Shown here: piece by piece, positions 1 through 9,373 of the stretch
How positions within the stretch are numbered: the stretch's first letter is position 1
Layout of the letters: the number at the start of each line of letters is the position of its first letter
NCBI GenBank assembly: GCA_965248055.1
Contig: CBDFIJ010000004.1
Span: forward strand, 2,048,001-2,112,000
DNA from: Candidatus Multivoradales bacterium
Lineage (GTDB): Bacteria > Acidobacteriota > Thermoanaerobaculia > Multivoradales > JAHEKO01
Length of the DNA stretch: 64,000 bases
Direction of reading: 5' to 3'
Notes under the pieces: generated by a model
What the model was told of the DNA's origin: nothing
Databases searched by the model: none
Seen by the model: only the letters and a program-made list of their open reading frames with translations
Position numbers and translations under genes: made by a program

Positions 1-293
1 AGCAGAGCACGGCTTGAAGGACAAGCGCTGAGGACGCTGGTTTGCCAACGACACTCGACGTTGGAAGCCTCTAATTTGGTTAGCAATTTCTGCGCTTTGG
101 CTGGACCGGCGAGCTGGTAGTTTCTGAGCTGGGCATTGCGCCATATCTGCCCGCCGAAGCCGGTGCGCTCGTCAATCAGCAAGACCGACCGCCCCCAACG
201 AGAAGCTTCCAAAGCTGCTGCGACGCCACCCGGTCCGGCTCCGACCACCACCACGGAGTGGCGGCTGGCTGGAGAGAAATCAGCTTCGCTCAT
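1..293 (-). CDS. FAD/NAD(P)-dependent oxidoreductase, 5' part (HcnB/opine oxidase A/D-hydroxyproline dehydrogenase alpha-subunit-like); runs off window
   Basis: Not in ORF track; my translation from ATG at 293 is MSEADFSPASRHSVVVVGAGPGGVAAALEASRWGRSVLLIDERTGFGGQIWR, with a Rossmann GxGxxG and the GGQIWR motif; overlaps the upstream 2Fe-2S gene. Confidence 0.85.
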   Translation of the reverse strand, partial: MSEADFSPASRHSVVVVGAGPGGVAAALEASRWGRSVLLIDERTGFGGQIWRNAQLRNYQLAGPAKAQKLLTKLEASNVECRWQTSVLSACPSSRAL

Positions 294-570
294 TTTTCTC
301 GTCGTTCTCGGATGGCGATCGTGAAATTTTCATTCCGGGTTTGCATGGAGTGATGCAGGCGCGTCGCGGCTGGCCGTCGACCATAACCATGCACTCGTAG
401 CAAGAACCCATGGCGCATAGCCAACCGCGTGGTTGGCCCCCGACCGAGGTCTTGAGCCGGGACATACCGGCGTTCCACAGAGCAACCGCGACGGTGTCGT
501 TCTTGCGCGCCAAGGTCGACTGGCCGTCGACCACGATCTCGAATTCGGCGAATGCCGAGAGGACGCTCAC
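280..570 (-). CDS. (2Fe-2S)-binding small subunit (HcnA/D-hydroxyproline dehydrogenase gamma-like)
   Basis: CAMGSCYECMVMVDG..RRAC Cys motif; GTG start at 570 overlaps the TGA of the upstream gene. Confidence 0.85.
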   Translation of the reverse strand: MSVLSAFAEFEIVVDGQSTLARKNDTVAVALWNAGMSRLKTSVGGQPRGWLCAMGSCYECMVMVDGQPRRACITPCKPGMKISRSPSENDEKNERS

Positions 571-1676
571 GACAGGACTCTCTGCGGCAAAAAAGGAGCT
601 GGGTCGAGCGCCGGATCTTCGCCGGTGATCAACTGCGCCAACAACATCCCGGTGCCCATTGCGTTGGTATGGCCTAGCCCCTCGTGCCCGGAGGCGACCC
701 AGGAATTGGCGATCTGCGGCCACGGCCCAATCAGGGGTAAGTTGTCCGTGGTTGCCGGGCGGAATCCGAACCAGCCGCGAATCGCGGTCAACTGGCCCAA
801 CCGAGGCAAGAATTCGGTCGCCCTGGCAATCATCTTGGCAACCAAACGGTGATCGAAACTGCGGTCCCAGCCGACGTGCTGGCGAGAAGAACCGATCAAT
901 ACCTGACCGGTCTTGCGCGGTTGGACGTTAAAAGCGACCGACTCGTCGTTGGGTGTATGGGCACTCTTCAGGTAACCCAACTCCAGCATTTGGTGGCGGA
1001 TAAACCCGGGATGGCGATCGGTGATCACCAAGTGACCCTTGCGCGGTACCACCGGCAGTTCCGGCATCAACTCAGCACACCGGGGTCCAGCGGCGTTGAC
1101 CACCAACCCAGCGGTACGAAAACCGGTTTGGGTTTTGACTCCCTTTTCCTCGATCTCTACCACCTCACAGCCGGAGATCACTTGTCCGCCCATTGCACGC
1201 ACTTGCTGCAGAAACCAAGTGGTGACCACCGGTGGGTACAACACCCGATCTCCTGGCAAATACAAACCTCCAGCCAAGCCAGGCCGGAGTTGCGGCTCCA
1301 TGGTGGCGAGTTGTTGTGAGTTCAAGATCTCGACCTCGACCCCCCGCGTTTGATAGCGAGTAGCTTTGGCTGGAATGATCGCTGCTTCGTCATCGGTCTC
1401 AGCCACCCAGATCGCCCCGTCTCGGGTGTAGTCGGCGGTTGCCGGGAGCCGATCGGCGATCTGATCCCAAAGCCGACACGACAAAGAACTGAGAGCGAAC
1501 TGTGCTGGAGAGTCGTCCATCACCGCCAAATGACCCATCCCAGCCGCGGTGGTACCGCCGCCGATGATGCCACCTTCCAACACTTCGACCCTTAAGCCCC
1601 TCCGAGCGAGGAAGTATCCACAAGCAGCGCCGATAATCCCACCACCGACGATCAATGCGTCGGGTGCCGGCTTCAT
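567..1676 (-). CDS. FAD-dependent D-amino-acid oxidase family protein (D-hydroxyproline dehydrogenase beta/HcnC-like)
   Basis: VGGGIIG Rossmann motif, GTTAAGMG, GFRP and GHEGLG motifs; ATG at 1676 overlaps the racemase stop (ATGA). Confidence 0.88.
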   Translation of the reverse strand: MKPAPDALIVGGGIIGAACGYFLARRGLRVEVLEGGIIGGGTTAAGMGHLAVMDDSPAQFALSSLSCRLWDQIADRLPATADYTRDGAIWVAETDDEAAIIPAKATRYQTRGVEVEILNSQQLATMEPQLRPGLAGGLYLPGDRVLYPPVVTTWFLQQVRAMGGQVISGCEVVEIEEKGVKTQTGFRTAGLVVNAAGPRCAELMPELPVVPRKGHLVITDRHPGFIRHQMLELGYLKSAHTPNDESVAFNVQPRKTGQVLIGSSRQHVGWDRSFDHRLVAKMIARATEFLPRLGQLTAIRGWFGFRPATTDNLPLIGPWPQIANSWVASGHEGLGHTNAMGTGMLLAQLITGEDPALDPAPFLPQRVLS

Positions 1677-2689
1677 GAGCACTCGCGCAGAGTAAATCCG
1701 GTTACCAGGGGATCTCGGTCGGCGAACTGCAGGGTCGCGTGGGAAACCACCCAAGCCGAACCGCGGATGTAAGGCCAGAGCGTTCCGTCGTCATCAACTT
1801 CCAGCCAACCGGTAAACAGGCCACCGGTAATGCTTTGGTTGCGAAAGTGTTGCCCCAGTTCGAGGTCACCGCGATCGTTCAGCACCGCAAGCTTCGCTGA
1901 GGTTCCGGTTCCACAGGGAGATCGGTCCCATTCGCCACCGGGGCAGAGGACGAAATTGCGACCGTCGCAAGCGGTTCTCCGCTCGCTTGCCGACGCCAAA
2001 CCTGGGGCTGAAAATTCGACGTGGTCGATGGCACCGAGGTTGAAGTCAGAGATCCCGATTGAAGGTAGAAACTCTGGCCGGTCTACCACTTCCGCGATTG
2101 CCCGAGAACGCGCCAGTAACGCGTCGAGGTGGTCGCAAGTCAGAGGGATATCGCCTGAATCGGTGATGAAGAACCCATTGCCACCCCAGGCGACATCACC
2201 GATCACCGGGCCAACCCCGGGCACATCGATCTCTACTCTTTGTTTCAGACAAGAGCAGGGAACATTGCGGAAGGTAACCTGTCCGTCGGTGCTGAGATTT
2301 GCTCGCACACTGCCGACAGGAGTGTCGAAAAGATGCTCCCCAGGACCGATCTTGCCGAGAAATTCCAGCCCGCGGACCACACCGATCAACCCGTGTCCAC
2401 ACATACCCAGGTAGCCAGCGTTGTTGAAGAAGACGATCCCGGCGTGTGCATCGTCTGAAGTGGGAGGGGTCAGCAGTGCGCCGACGATCGCGTCATGACC
2501 CCGCGGTTCACAGACCACGGCTTGGCGTAGGTGATCTTGATGCAATTGCATCCAGCGCCGCCGTTGCTCCATCGATGAGCCGTCAGGTTGGGGCCACCCG
2601 GCGACCACGATACGCGTTGGCTCGCCCTCGGTATGGGCGTCATAAACCTCGATCTGAGGCGGGAAGGAATTGGCCGTGGGTTGGCTCAT
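1673..2689 (-). CDS. Proline racemase family protein, probably 4-hydroxyproline 2-epimerase
   Basis: HTEGEPTR, EPRGH, and catalytic MCGH and DRSPCGTG (two-Cys) motifs. Confidence 0.92.
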   Translation of the reverse strand: MSQPTANSFPPQIEVYDAHTEGEPTRIVVAGWPQPDGSSMEQRRRWMQLHQDHLRQAVVCEPRGHDAIVGALLTPPTSDDAHAGIVFFNNAGYLGMCGHGLIGVVRGLEFLGKIGPGEHLFDTPVGSVRANLSTDGQVTFRNVPCSCLKQRVEIDVPGVGPVIGDVAWGGNGFFITDSGDIPLTCDHLDALLARSRAIAEVVDRPEFLPSIGISDFNLGAIDHVEFSAPGLASASERRTACDGRNFVLCPGGEWDRSPCGTGTSAKLAVLNDRGDLELGQHFRNQSITGGLFTGWLEVDDDGTLWPYIRGSAWVVSHATLQFADRDPLVTGFTLRECS

Positions 2690-2707
2690 GGGTCTTGCGC
2701 CGAGAGA

Positions 2708-4312
2708 TCAGGAGTGCTTTTCAATGGCGTCGACAGTCCATGTTCCATCAACCAGTCGGGGGACTCCCTGTGGGTTGGCGTCTTGCAGTTCTGGTGGCAA
2801 GAACGAATCGGGTAGATCTTGAAAACAAACCGGGCGCAAAAATCGATCGATCGCGGCTGACCCTACCGAGGTCGATCGAGAGTCGGAAGTGGCAGGAAAT
2901 GGCCCACCGTGGTGCATTGCGTGGGCAACTTCAACCCCGGTAGGAAAGCCATTGATCACCACTCGACCGGAGATTGCGGCCAATTGACTCACCAACCCTG
3001 GATGGTCATTCAGATCGCGGTCAGTGGCGTGCAGGGTGGCGGTCAGAGCTCCAGGCATCGAGTGCAACACCTCGTTGAGTTCCTCGGTAGACTGCCAAGA
3101 AACGACCAAGGTCGCCGGACCGTAGATCTCCTCTTGCAGGTCGTCATTAGCGATAAATGTAGCTGCGCTACAACGAAAGACCTGGGGCGATACGGTGCTA
3201 CTGGAATCGTTCTGTGTGGCCTCGCCTGTGACAAGGCTCGCTTCGATTTCGCCCACAGCCAGAGTTCTCTCGGTCGCCTGCCGATAGCCAGTAGCGATCC
3301 CAGGATGCACCACGGTCATCTCCCCGCTAGCGCTGAGGCTGTCGGCGAGTTGTTCAGAAAAAGAATCGGTCTCGGCGCCAGTGGGAACCAGCACCACTCC
3401 GGGATTGGTGCAGAACTGGCCACTACCGAGGGCCACTGAACCGGCCAAGCCTTGGGCGATGTTTTGTCCGGATTCCCGCAGAGCTCCCTCAAGGATCACC
3501 ACCGGATTGATCGAACCCATTTCCGCGTAGACAGGGATCGGTTTAGTTCGTTGTTGACTCGCTGCGACTAGTGCTTGGCCACCGGCAAACGAACCGGTAA
3601 AGGCAACTGCGGCGATCCCAGGATGCAGCGTGAGACTTTGCCCGACTTGGTGCCCAACCCCGTGGATCAGCGAAAACAACCCGGTGGGAAGTTGGCAAGT
3701 TTCCAAAGCTCGCAAGATCGCGGTCGCCACCAATTCACTGGTCCCCGGATGAGCAGGATGAGCCTTGACCACCACTGGGCATCCGGCTGCCCAAGCCGAA
3801 GTGGTGTCTCCTCCGGCGACCGAGAAGGCCAAAGGAAAGTTGGACGCGCCGAAGACCGCCACCGGACCGAGTGGTAGCAGGGTTCGCCTCAAGTCGGGCT
3901 TGGGGATCGGTTTGCGCTCGGGGTCGGCAGTGTCGATGCGGATTGACCGCCACCACCCCGCGCGCAGCAGCTCTGCAAAAAAATGAAGTTGACCGGTGGT
4001 GCGACCTCGCTCGCCGGTGAGCCGTGGGACGCCCAATGCAGTTTCTTGATCCGCGCGCTCGATCAGTGGATCGCCGAGCGCTTCAATCTCTTGCGCCACG
4101 GTATCCAAGAATTGGGCCCGCAATTCTGGGGAGCTATTTGCCCATTCTGCCGCCGACCTGCTTGCGGCTGTGACCGCGTCGTCGATTTGCTCTCCATTGG
4201 CTTCGTGGAACGTCGGTTCCAGAGTGTCACCGGATCGAGGGTCAACGGCACGAAAGGCTTCGCTCTTACTTGTGACCGCCCGCCCTCGGATGAAGTGAGT
4301 ACCTGAAATCAT
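2708..4312 (-). CDS. NADP-dependent aldehyde dehydrogenase (alpha-ketoglutarate semialdehyde dehydrogenase type)
   Basis: FGASNFPLAFS, KAHPAHP, FTGS, EMGSINP, GQFCTNPG and NGFPTGVEV motifs; start placed at MISGTHF. Confidence 0.9.
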   Translation of the reverse strand: MISGTHFIRGRAVTSKSEAFRAVDPRSGDTLEPTFHEANGEQIDDAVTAASRSAAEWANSSPELRAQFLDTVAQEIEALGDPLIERADQETALGVPRLTGERGRTTGQLHFFAELLRAGWWRSIRIDTADPERKPIPKPDLRRTLLPLGPVAVFGASNFPLAFSVAGGDTTSAWAAGCPVVVKAHPAHPGTSELVATAILRALETCQLPTGLFSLIHGVGHQVGQSLTLHPGIAAVAFTGSFAGGQALVAASQQRTKPIPVYAEMGSINPVVILEGALRESGQNIAQGLAGSVALGSGQFCTNPGVVLVPTGAETDSFSEQLADSLSASGEMTVVHPGIATGYRQATERTLAVGEIEASLVTGEATQNDSSSTVSPQVFRCSAATFIANDDLQEEIYGPATLVVSWQSTEELNEVLHSMPGALTATLHATDRDLNDHPGLVSQLAAISGRVVINGFPTGVEVAHAMHHGGPFPATSDSRSTSVGSAAIDRFLRPVCFQDLPDSFLPPELQDANPQGVPRLVDGTWTVDAIEKHS

Positions 4313-4375
4313 AGGGCTGGATAATACAACCGGTGGGTCTCCCTGAGTGCAACGCCGATTGGATACACTGTCGTT

Positions 4376-5293
4376 TTGGAGGGTAAGAACTTGCACATTG
4401 ATTGGTTTGGTGTCTATCCCGCGATAACTACGCAATTCAGAGACGACGAAACTCTCGACTTGGTCGCCACGATTGACCACGCTACGGCGCTGCTGCACGC
4501 TGGTGTTCACGGGATCATCTTGGGCGGAACCTTGGGTGAGGGTCCATCGCTGACCGGCGAGGAAAAGGGTCGTTTGTTGGAAGCAATGGTCGGGGCAGTT
4601 GACGGCAGAGTGCCGGTAATGACCACGATCGCCGAGACCACGACGGCGTTGGCGTGCCAGAGAGCCGCAGAGGCGGCGGAACTGGGTGCCGACGGTTTGA
4701 TGGTGCTACCGGCCCTGGTCTACCACTCGGACGCTCGCGAGACCGTCACTCATTTTCGAACCATCGCGCGCGCTACCGAATTACCGATCATGGTCTACAA
4801 CAACCCGGTCAGCTATGGCGTTGATATCCGTCCAGAGATGTTTGTCGATCTGGCAGATCAAGCAACCTTGGTGGCGATCAAAGAGTCGTCCGACGATGTT
4901 CGCCGAATCACCGATCTGAAGAATCTCACCGGCAATCGCTATCGGTTGTTCTGCGGGGTTGATGACTTGGCTATGGAAGCTCTGGTCATGGGGGCGGACG
5001 GCTGGGTTGCCGGAATGGTGAATGCATATCCGCGGGAAACGATCGCCCTATGGGACGCGATTCGCGCGGGTCAATTCAACAAAGCGAAGAGGATCTACCG
5101 TTGGTTTGCGCCGCTGTTGCATTTGGACACCGAGGTTAAGTTGGTGCAATACATCAAGATGGCGGTCGAGAGAGAAGAGTTCGGCTCGAGTCTTTGCCGG
5201 GCACCTCGACTGCCGATCGAGGGTGATGAGCTACAACGGGTCGAAACCATTTTCCGGCAAGCCGAGGACACGCGTCCTAGCCTGGATGCTTGA
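4376..5293 (+). CDS. Dihydrodipicolinate synthase family protein (pyrroline-4-hydroxy-2-carboxylate deaminase-like)
   Basis: GTLGE, YNNP, IKESS, GVDDL and KLVQYIK; divergent from the epimerase/dehydrogenase genes. Confidence 0.88.
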   Translation: MEGKNLHIDWFGVYPAITTQFRDDETLDLVATIDHATALLHAGVHGIILGGTLGEGPSLTGEEKGRLLEAMVGAVDGRVPVMTTIAETTTALACQRAAEAAELGADGLMVLPALVYHSDARETVTHFRTIARATELPIMVYNNPVSYGVDIRPEMFVDLADQATLVAIKESSDDVRRITDLKNLTGNRYRLFCGVDDLAMEALVMGADGWVAGMVNAYPRETIALWDAIRAGQFNKAKRIYRWFAPLLHLDTEVKLVQYIKMAVEREEFGSSLCRAPRLPIEGDELQRVETIFRQAEDTRPSLDA

Positions 5294-5314
5294 ACCGAGA
5301 GCCGGAGCAGCAAA

Positions 5315-5995
5315 ATGGCTAAGAAACAGACCTACCCAGGCGAACACCTCACAGTTACCTACGACCCGGCGGCTTGCTCTCACGCCGGAGAGTGCGTGCG
5401 CGGACTTCCCGAAGTCTTCGACGCCAAGAAGCGACCCTGGATTAAGCCCGACGCTGCCGACGCCGCAGCGGTGGCCGAAGCGGTTTCCCGCTGTCCATCC
5501 GGCGCTTTGGCGATCGAAGACACGCCGCAAGATAGTGACTTGGCGGTTGGCGCTCAACCTGAGGAAGAGAGTTCGGCGATCGAACTCAATCAGTTACAGA
5601 TATGCGCCAATGGTCCGGCCATTGTTAGCGGTCAAGTTCGCATCATGACGCGCGAAGGCGCGGTGGTAGAAGAGACCGCCCGAGTCGCGCTCTGCCGCTG
5701 CGGGGCGTCCGCCAACAAGCCCTACTGCGACGGTAGCCACAAAGGCGTCGAGTTCACCGATGAAGGATTGTTGCCGGAAGTCGAAAGCCAGGAGATTGAA
5801 GCTGGCGACGAAGTCGTGGCCGTGCTGGCGGAAAATGGTCCGGTGATCTTCCGCGGCCCGATGCAGTGGTGCGCCACCGACGGCTCGGTCGCTAGCTTTG
5901 ATAGCAAGGCTCTGTGCCGTTGTGGCGAGTCCGCGAACAAGCCCTTTTGCGATGGTACCCACAAAGGGACAGATTTTCGTACCGAGGGTCGTTAG
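5315..5995 (+). CDS. Divergent 4Fe-4S mono-cluster domain plus two CDGSH iron-sulfur domains
   Basis: CSHAGECV...CPSGAL; LCRCGASANKPYCDGSH; LCRCGESANKPFCDGTH. Confidence 0.9.
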   Translation: MAKKQTYPGEHLTVTYDPAACSHAGECVRGLPEVFDAKKRPWIKPDAADAAAVAEAVSRCPSGALAIEDTPQDSDLAVGAQPEEESSAIELNQLQICANGPAIVSGQVRIMTREGAVVEETARVALCRCGASANKPYCDGSHKGVEFTDEGLLPEVESQEIEAGDEVVAVLAENGPVIFRGPMQWCATDGSVASFDSKALCRCGESANKPFCDGTHKGTDFRTEGR

Positions 5996-6041
5996 AGACG
6001 CTGCGATACGAAGAACCTGTAGAACGGAGTAGCCTTGGTAG

Positions 6042-6647
6042 ATGGAGATTTCAATTGAAATGGCTTTGGGTGCCTATGGAGCACTCCTCTCAACGGGGCT
6101 TGCTGTTCTGGCTATCTTTAGGTTCTGGAGGGAGAGACCGCGAATATCAGTGAACGCAAGAATAATCGTCAAGAGTGCTTCAAAAGAAGACGAGACGCAT
6201 GGTGTATTACGGCAGGCTCAACGAGGTGACGACCTCCTTTGGGAAGAAGTTGATGTTGAGATCAGTGTTCGAAATTCCGGCGCCGAACAGTGCCAAATCT
6301 CTGGCGTGTTCGTTGAAACTGGATCGGCGCTCTTCGAAGTAGCGCCGACCAATTTTCCGGTTATATTGACGCCAAATACTGGGTCCTCCGCATTAGTGCA
6401 GCCTGAGTACATTGTTCCCAAGAAGATAACGCTGAGCGGTCAACTGTTGGATGAGTCGGTAAGCGCGTTTGGTGTGTTTGATGCGCTGGGAAACAAGCAT
6501 GCCATCCCGGAGTCCGAATTGAATCAGATTGTGACTTCTTGTCGTGGCTTGCCACTTAGAACGTCTCGGTACAAACACCGTAAGACAGGCCGGATGGTTG
6601 TTGCATTTCAGGTGAAGGACAACGGAGCCTTAATAGAAAAAAAATAA
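6042..6647 (+). CDS. Hypothetical protein with N-terminal transmembrane anchor
   Basis: 201-aa ORF, AYGALLSTGLAVL hydrophobic segment followed by a beta-rich domain; more AT-rich than its neighbours. Confidence 0.65.
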   Translation: MEISIEMALGAYGALLSTGLAVLAIFRFWRERPRISVNARIIVKSASKEDETHGVLRQAQRGDDLLWEEVDVEISVRNSGAEQCQISGVFVETGSALFEVAPTNFPVILTPNTGSSALVQPEYIVPKKITLSGQLLDESVSAFGVFDALGNKHAIPESELNQIVTSCRGLPLRTSRYKHRKTGRMVVAFQVKDNGALIEKK

Positions 6648-6770
6648 TTGCCTTTGAGTGAGCATATCGATGTTACTGGGACAATGACTATCTCTGCGAA
6701 GCACAAAGGCAAGGTTAAGTCGTGTTATGAATCAAGGGAAATGCGGTACCTAACCCGATAAGTAACCTAG

Positions 6771-9215
6771 CTAGGGTTTTGAAGCTGCGAAATGTTTCTT
6801 CATAGCCTCTCTCGGGCGCAGGAAGACCAGAACCCCAGAAGGATCCGTTTCCGCAGTGTTAGCCAGCGCCGGAACCTCCCGCAACCATCGGTTGTAAATG
6901 AAACGACTGGCGATCGCGACGTCGACATCGATCGGCAGATCGCGCGACATGCGAACGTGCATGCCTCTTTGATCAAGGGTCAGGATCGCCAGCGAGGCCC
7001 GTGTTTGTGCCGACATCCGATAGCGTGCTTGCAGGTCGGTAGTGACCTGGACGGTCTTAGGTCGAGCAGATTTGAGTTGTTCCGCAAAGGTCTCCCAGGG
7101 ATAGCGCAGTAGGTCTCCGACCTGTGCAGACTGGTGCTTGGCCAAGACGTTGCGGTTGTATTCAAAGCCCAAACCGAAGAAAGCCAAGAACACAATCACG
7201 AGAGTTACCACTTTCGCCCGCTGGCCTACGACCACCAGGGCGAGGAGACAGGCCACTGTCAGTACCACGGCCGGCATTAGAGTTCCGGTTAGAAACAGGT
7301 CAGGAGACCACCCGAAGCGAGCTAGCGCTGCTACTGGAAGAAAGTCAGCAGCGTCCAGTTGCCCCAATCTGTAGGGCACGACAATCAAGAAAATCACGGC
7401 ACTGGCGAGTCCGGCAGGGATCAAGACGCGTGGAGTCAGCAACTTTCTCCAAGAAACCTCCTCCAGTCCAGCGTCGAATAGCAGCAGGCTGGACATCAGG
7501 CAGGCCACCGGAATGATCGGAATCAACATTCGCCCCGAGAAAGGGTGACGCATGCGGAAGTAGAGAACGATCAAAGCCAATAGGTATGCAATCGGTAAAA
7601 AATGCAGCAGCCGAATCTCGATTCGCCTACGACGCAGCCCTGCGGCAAAGGCGGCGGCCACCACCGCCACCCAGAGGTTGCGTAGGGCGAACAGCGCTGG
7701 ATGCCCTCCTGGTCGCCAGATGACGTTCAGCCAGCTCGACGAACCGCTGCGTGGTGGTAACTGATCGGGGAAGTTCATCGGTCCAGTTTCGACCAGCCGT
7801 CCGCCAGGAAATGAAAACAGGAAATCTCCCAAGATCCATCCGTCTAGCATCATCAGGACTGAAAAAGTTGCTGCGATGCCCCCAGTCCAGTAAAGACTCC
7901 TGCGGGAGAAGCGCCGAAAGTCCAGTCGCCCATCGGTAATAAGGAATAGCAGAGGCAAAGCCAGCAAGACAGCGCCCACCTCTTTGGAGCGAAACGCACC
8001 AATCGTGAGCACTCCGACCGCGAGGGCGTGCCATTCATGTCGGGAGGTATCCGTGTGCTCTCGGGAGAGCCCGTGCATGTAAATCGCGACCGCGGCGGTG
8101 ATAAACATCATTGCGCTGTAGTCAGCAAAGCCTGAGCCGATGGTGCCCAGAACCACGGTTTGCGACAACAGGATGAAGAGTGCAGCAGTGAGAGTGCGTA
8201 GCTGCAAACGGGGCCCGACAGAGCGCACTGCAACCGCTAGCGAGGTCACAGTAGTGGCAAAAATGAAAGACCACCAAAGGCGAACCCCGAGGAAGGGATT
8301 TCCTCCACTCAGAGTTACAAAGGCTTTGACTAGGTATACGTGAGCGTAGCGACTGTAGAACCAATTCTTGGTGCCGTACTTTGCAGCAATCAGATACGCG
8401 GTGTCATCCCCACCCCGCACGGTCCCGGTGAACGGCAAGATCGCCAGAAAAGTTAGTACAAAGAGCCCCAACAGGAGGAACACGCGGAAACCTCGGTTGT
8501 TTGCCCACCCGAGACGTGGAGCAAATCTTTGCTGGAGCGCATCGATCGGTGCGGCCAGAATGTAGATCGCCAATAGACCTGCCGCCAGGGTTAGAGCGGC
8601 TCCCAGAAGCTGGCGGTGGGATTGTGGCCACTGAGGTAGCGTGTCGCGCAAGGCTCTGCGCAAAGTGACCGGGCGACCCGCGTAGAGCTGTTCCGATGGC
8701 AAAGCGGTGGCTTCCGCTAGCGAATATCCAGGCGCGGTCCACTCGATTGCTAAATGGCTCTCCCCGTGCCTTTGAATCAGCGCGATCTCGACCCGGTGGA
8801 GCCCTGGCTCAAGAGTCTTTTGCCCTTTCTTGCGCTGCACTTTGGCGGTGCCGACGTTATCGACTACGGTATCGCCGTCGATCCGAAAGTAGCCGCTGTC
8901 ATTGGCGTCGACAATGAAACGATGGTCGCCTCCCTGCTCGACCCACCACCAGCCACTCCAGCGCACGCTGAACGCTACCTCGGTTATCAGCGCGTCGTGG
9001 ATCTGCGAGACCGAATCGAGCTTGGGCTGAGCGGTGGTGGCGTAAACCGGCCTCCCCTCCCACGGTGCGCCCAGATGGAAGTACTCGGCCTTGAGACCGG
9101 GGCGATCGAAGATCAGCATCATCCCAGCCATCAGCAAGGCAAGAATGAGCAACAAGCTCGTTCCAGTTGCTATCTGTCGAGGTGTAGGTGTGCGCGCCAA
9201 TGGTGGTATCCCCAA
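6771..9215 (-). CDS. PA14-domain multi-pass membrane protein, possible GT-C fold glycosyltransferase
   Basis: GLKAEYF...FSVRWSGW...DANDSG...GLHRVEI PA14 pattern, then many TM helices with an acidic GDD loop after the first. Confidence 0.7.
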   Translation of the reverse strand: MGIPPLARTPTPRQIATGTSLLLILALLMAGMMLIFDRPGLKAEYFHLGAPWEGRPVYATTAQPKLDSVSQIHDALITEVAFSVRWSGWWWVEQGGDHRFIVDANDSGYFRIDGDTVVDNVGTAKVQRKKGQKTLEPGLHRVEIALIQRHGESHLAIEWTAPGYSLAEATALPSEQLYAGRPVTLRRALRDTLPQWPQSHRQLLGAALTLAAGLLAIYILAAPIDALQQRFAPRLGWANNRGFRVFLLLGLFVLTFLAILPFTGTVRGGDDTAYLIAAKYGTKNWFYSRYAHVYLVKAFVTLSGGNPFLGVRLWWSFIFATTVTSLAVAVRSVGPRLQLRTLTAALFILLSQTVVLGTIGSGFADYSAMMFITAAVAIYMHGLSREHTDTSRHEWHALAVGVLTIGAFRSKEVGAVLLALPLLFLITDGRLDFRRFSRRSLYWTGGIAATFSVLMMLDGWILGDFLFSFPGGRLVETGPMNFPDQLPPRSGSSSWLNVIWRPGGHPALFALRNLWVAVVAAAFAAGLRRRRIEIRLLHFLPIAYLLALIVLYFRMRHPFSGRMLIPIIPVACLMSSLLLFDAGLEEVSWRKLLTPRVLIPAGLASAVIFLIVVPYRLGQLDAADFLPVAALARFGWSPDLFLTGTLMPAVVLTVACLLALVVVGQRAKVVTLVIVFLAFFGLGFEYNRNVLAKHQSAQVGDLLRYPWETFAEQLKSARPKTVQVTTDLQARYRMSAQTRASLAILTLDQRGMHVRMSRDLPIDVDVAIASRFIYNRWLREVPALANTAETDPSGVLVFLRPREAMKKHFAASKP

Positions 9216-9373
9216 ACGTTCCGAATCTACGGCCAGCAGTGTACTAATTGCGGCGGGGGTGTGCCTTGGAGCGGCGCCCCTTGGGAGGATCCGTGTGAAT
9301 CAACGTTTTGTGGGGCAGGGTGGAGGAGATTCATTGGATTTCGCCGCTCTCCTCGCGGCTAGCCGGTTCCAAT

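Noticed and set aside
1-1676. Hydrogen cyanide synthase hcnABC
   Set aside because: Same families, but linkage to the epimerase, deaminase and KGSA dehydrogenase fits hydroxyproline catabolism better
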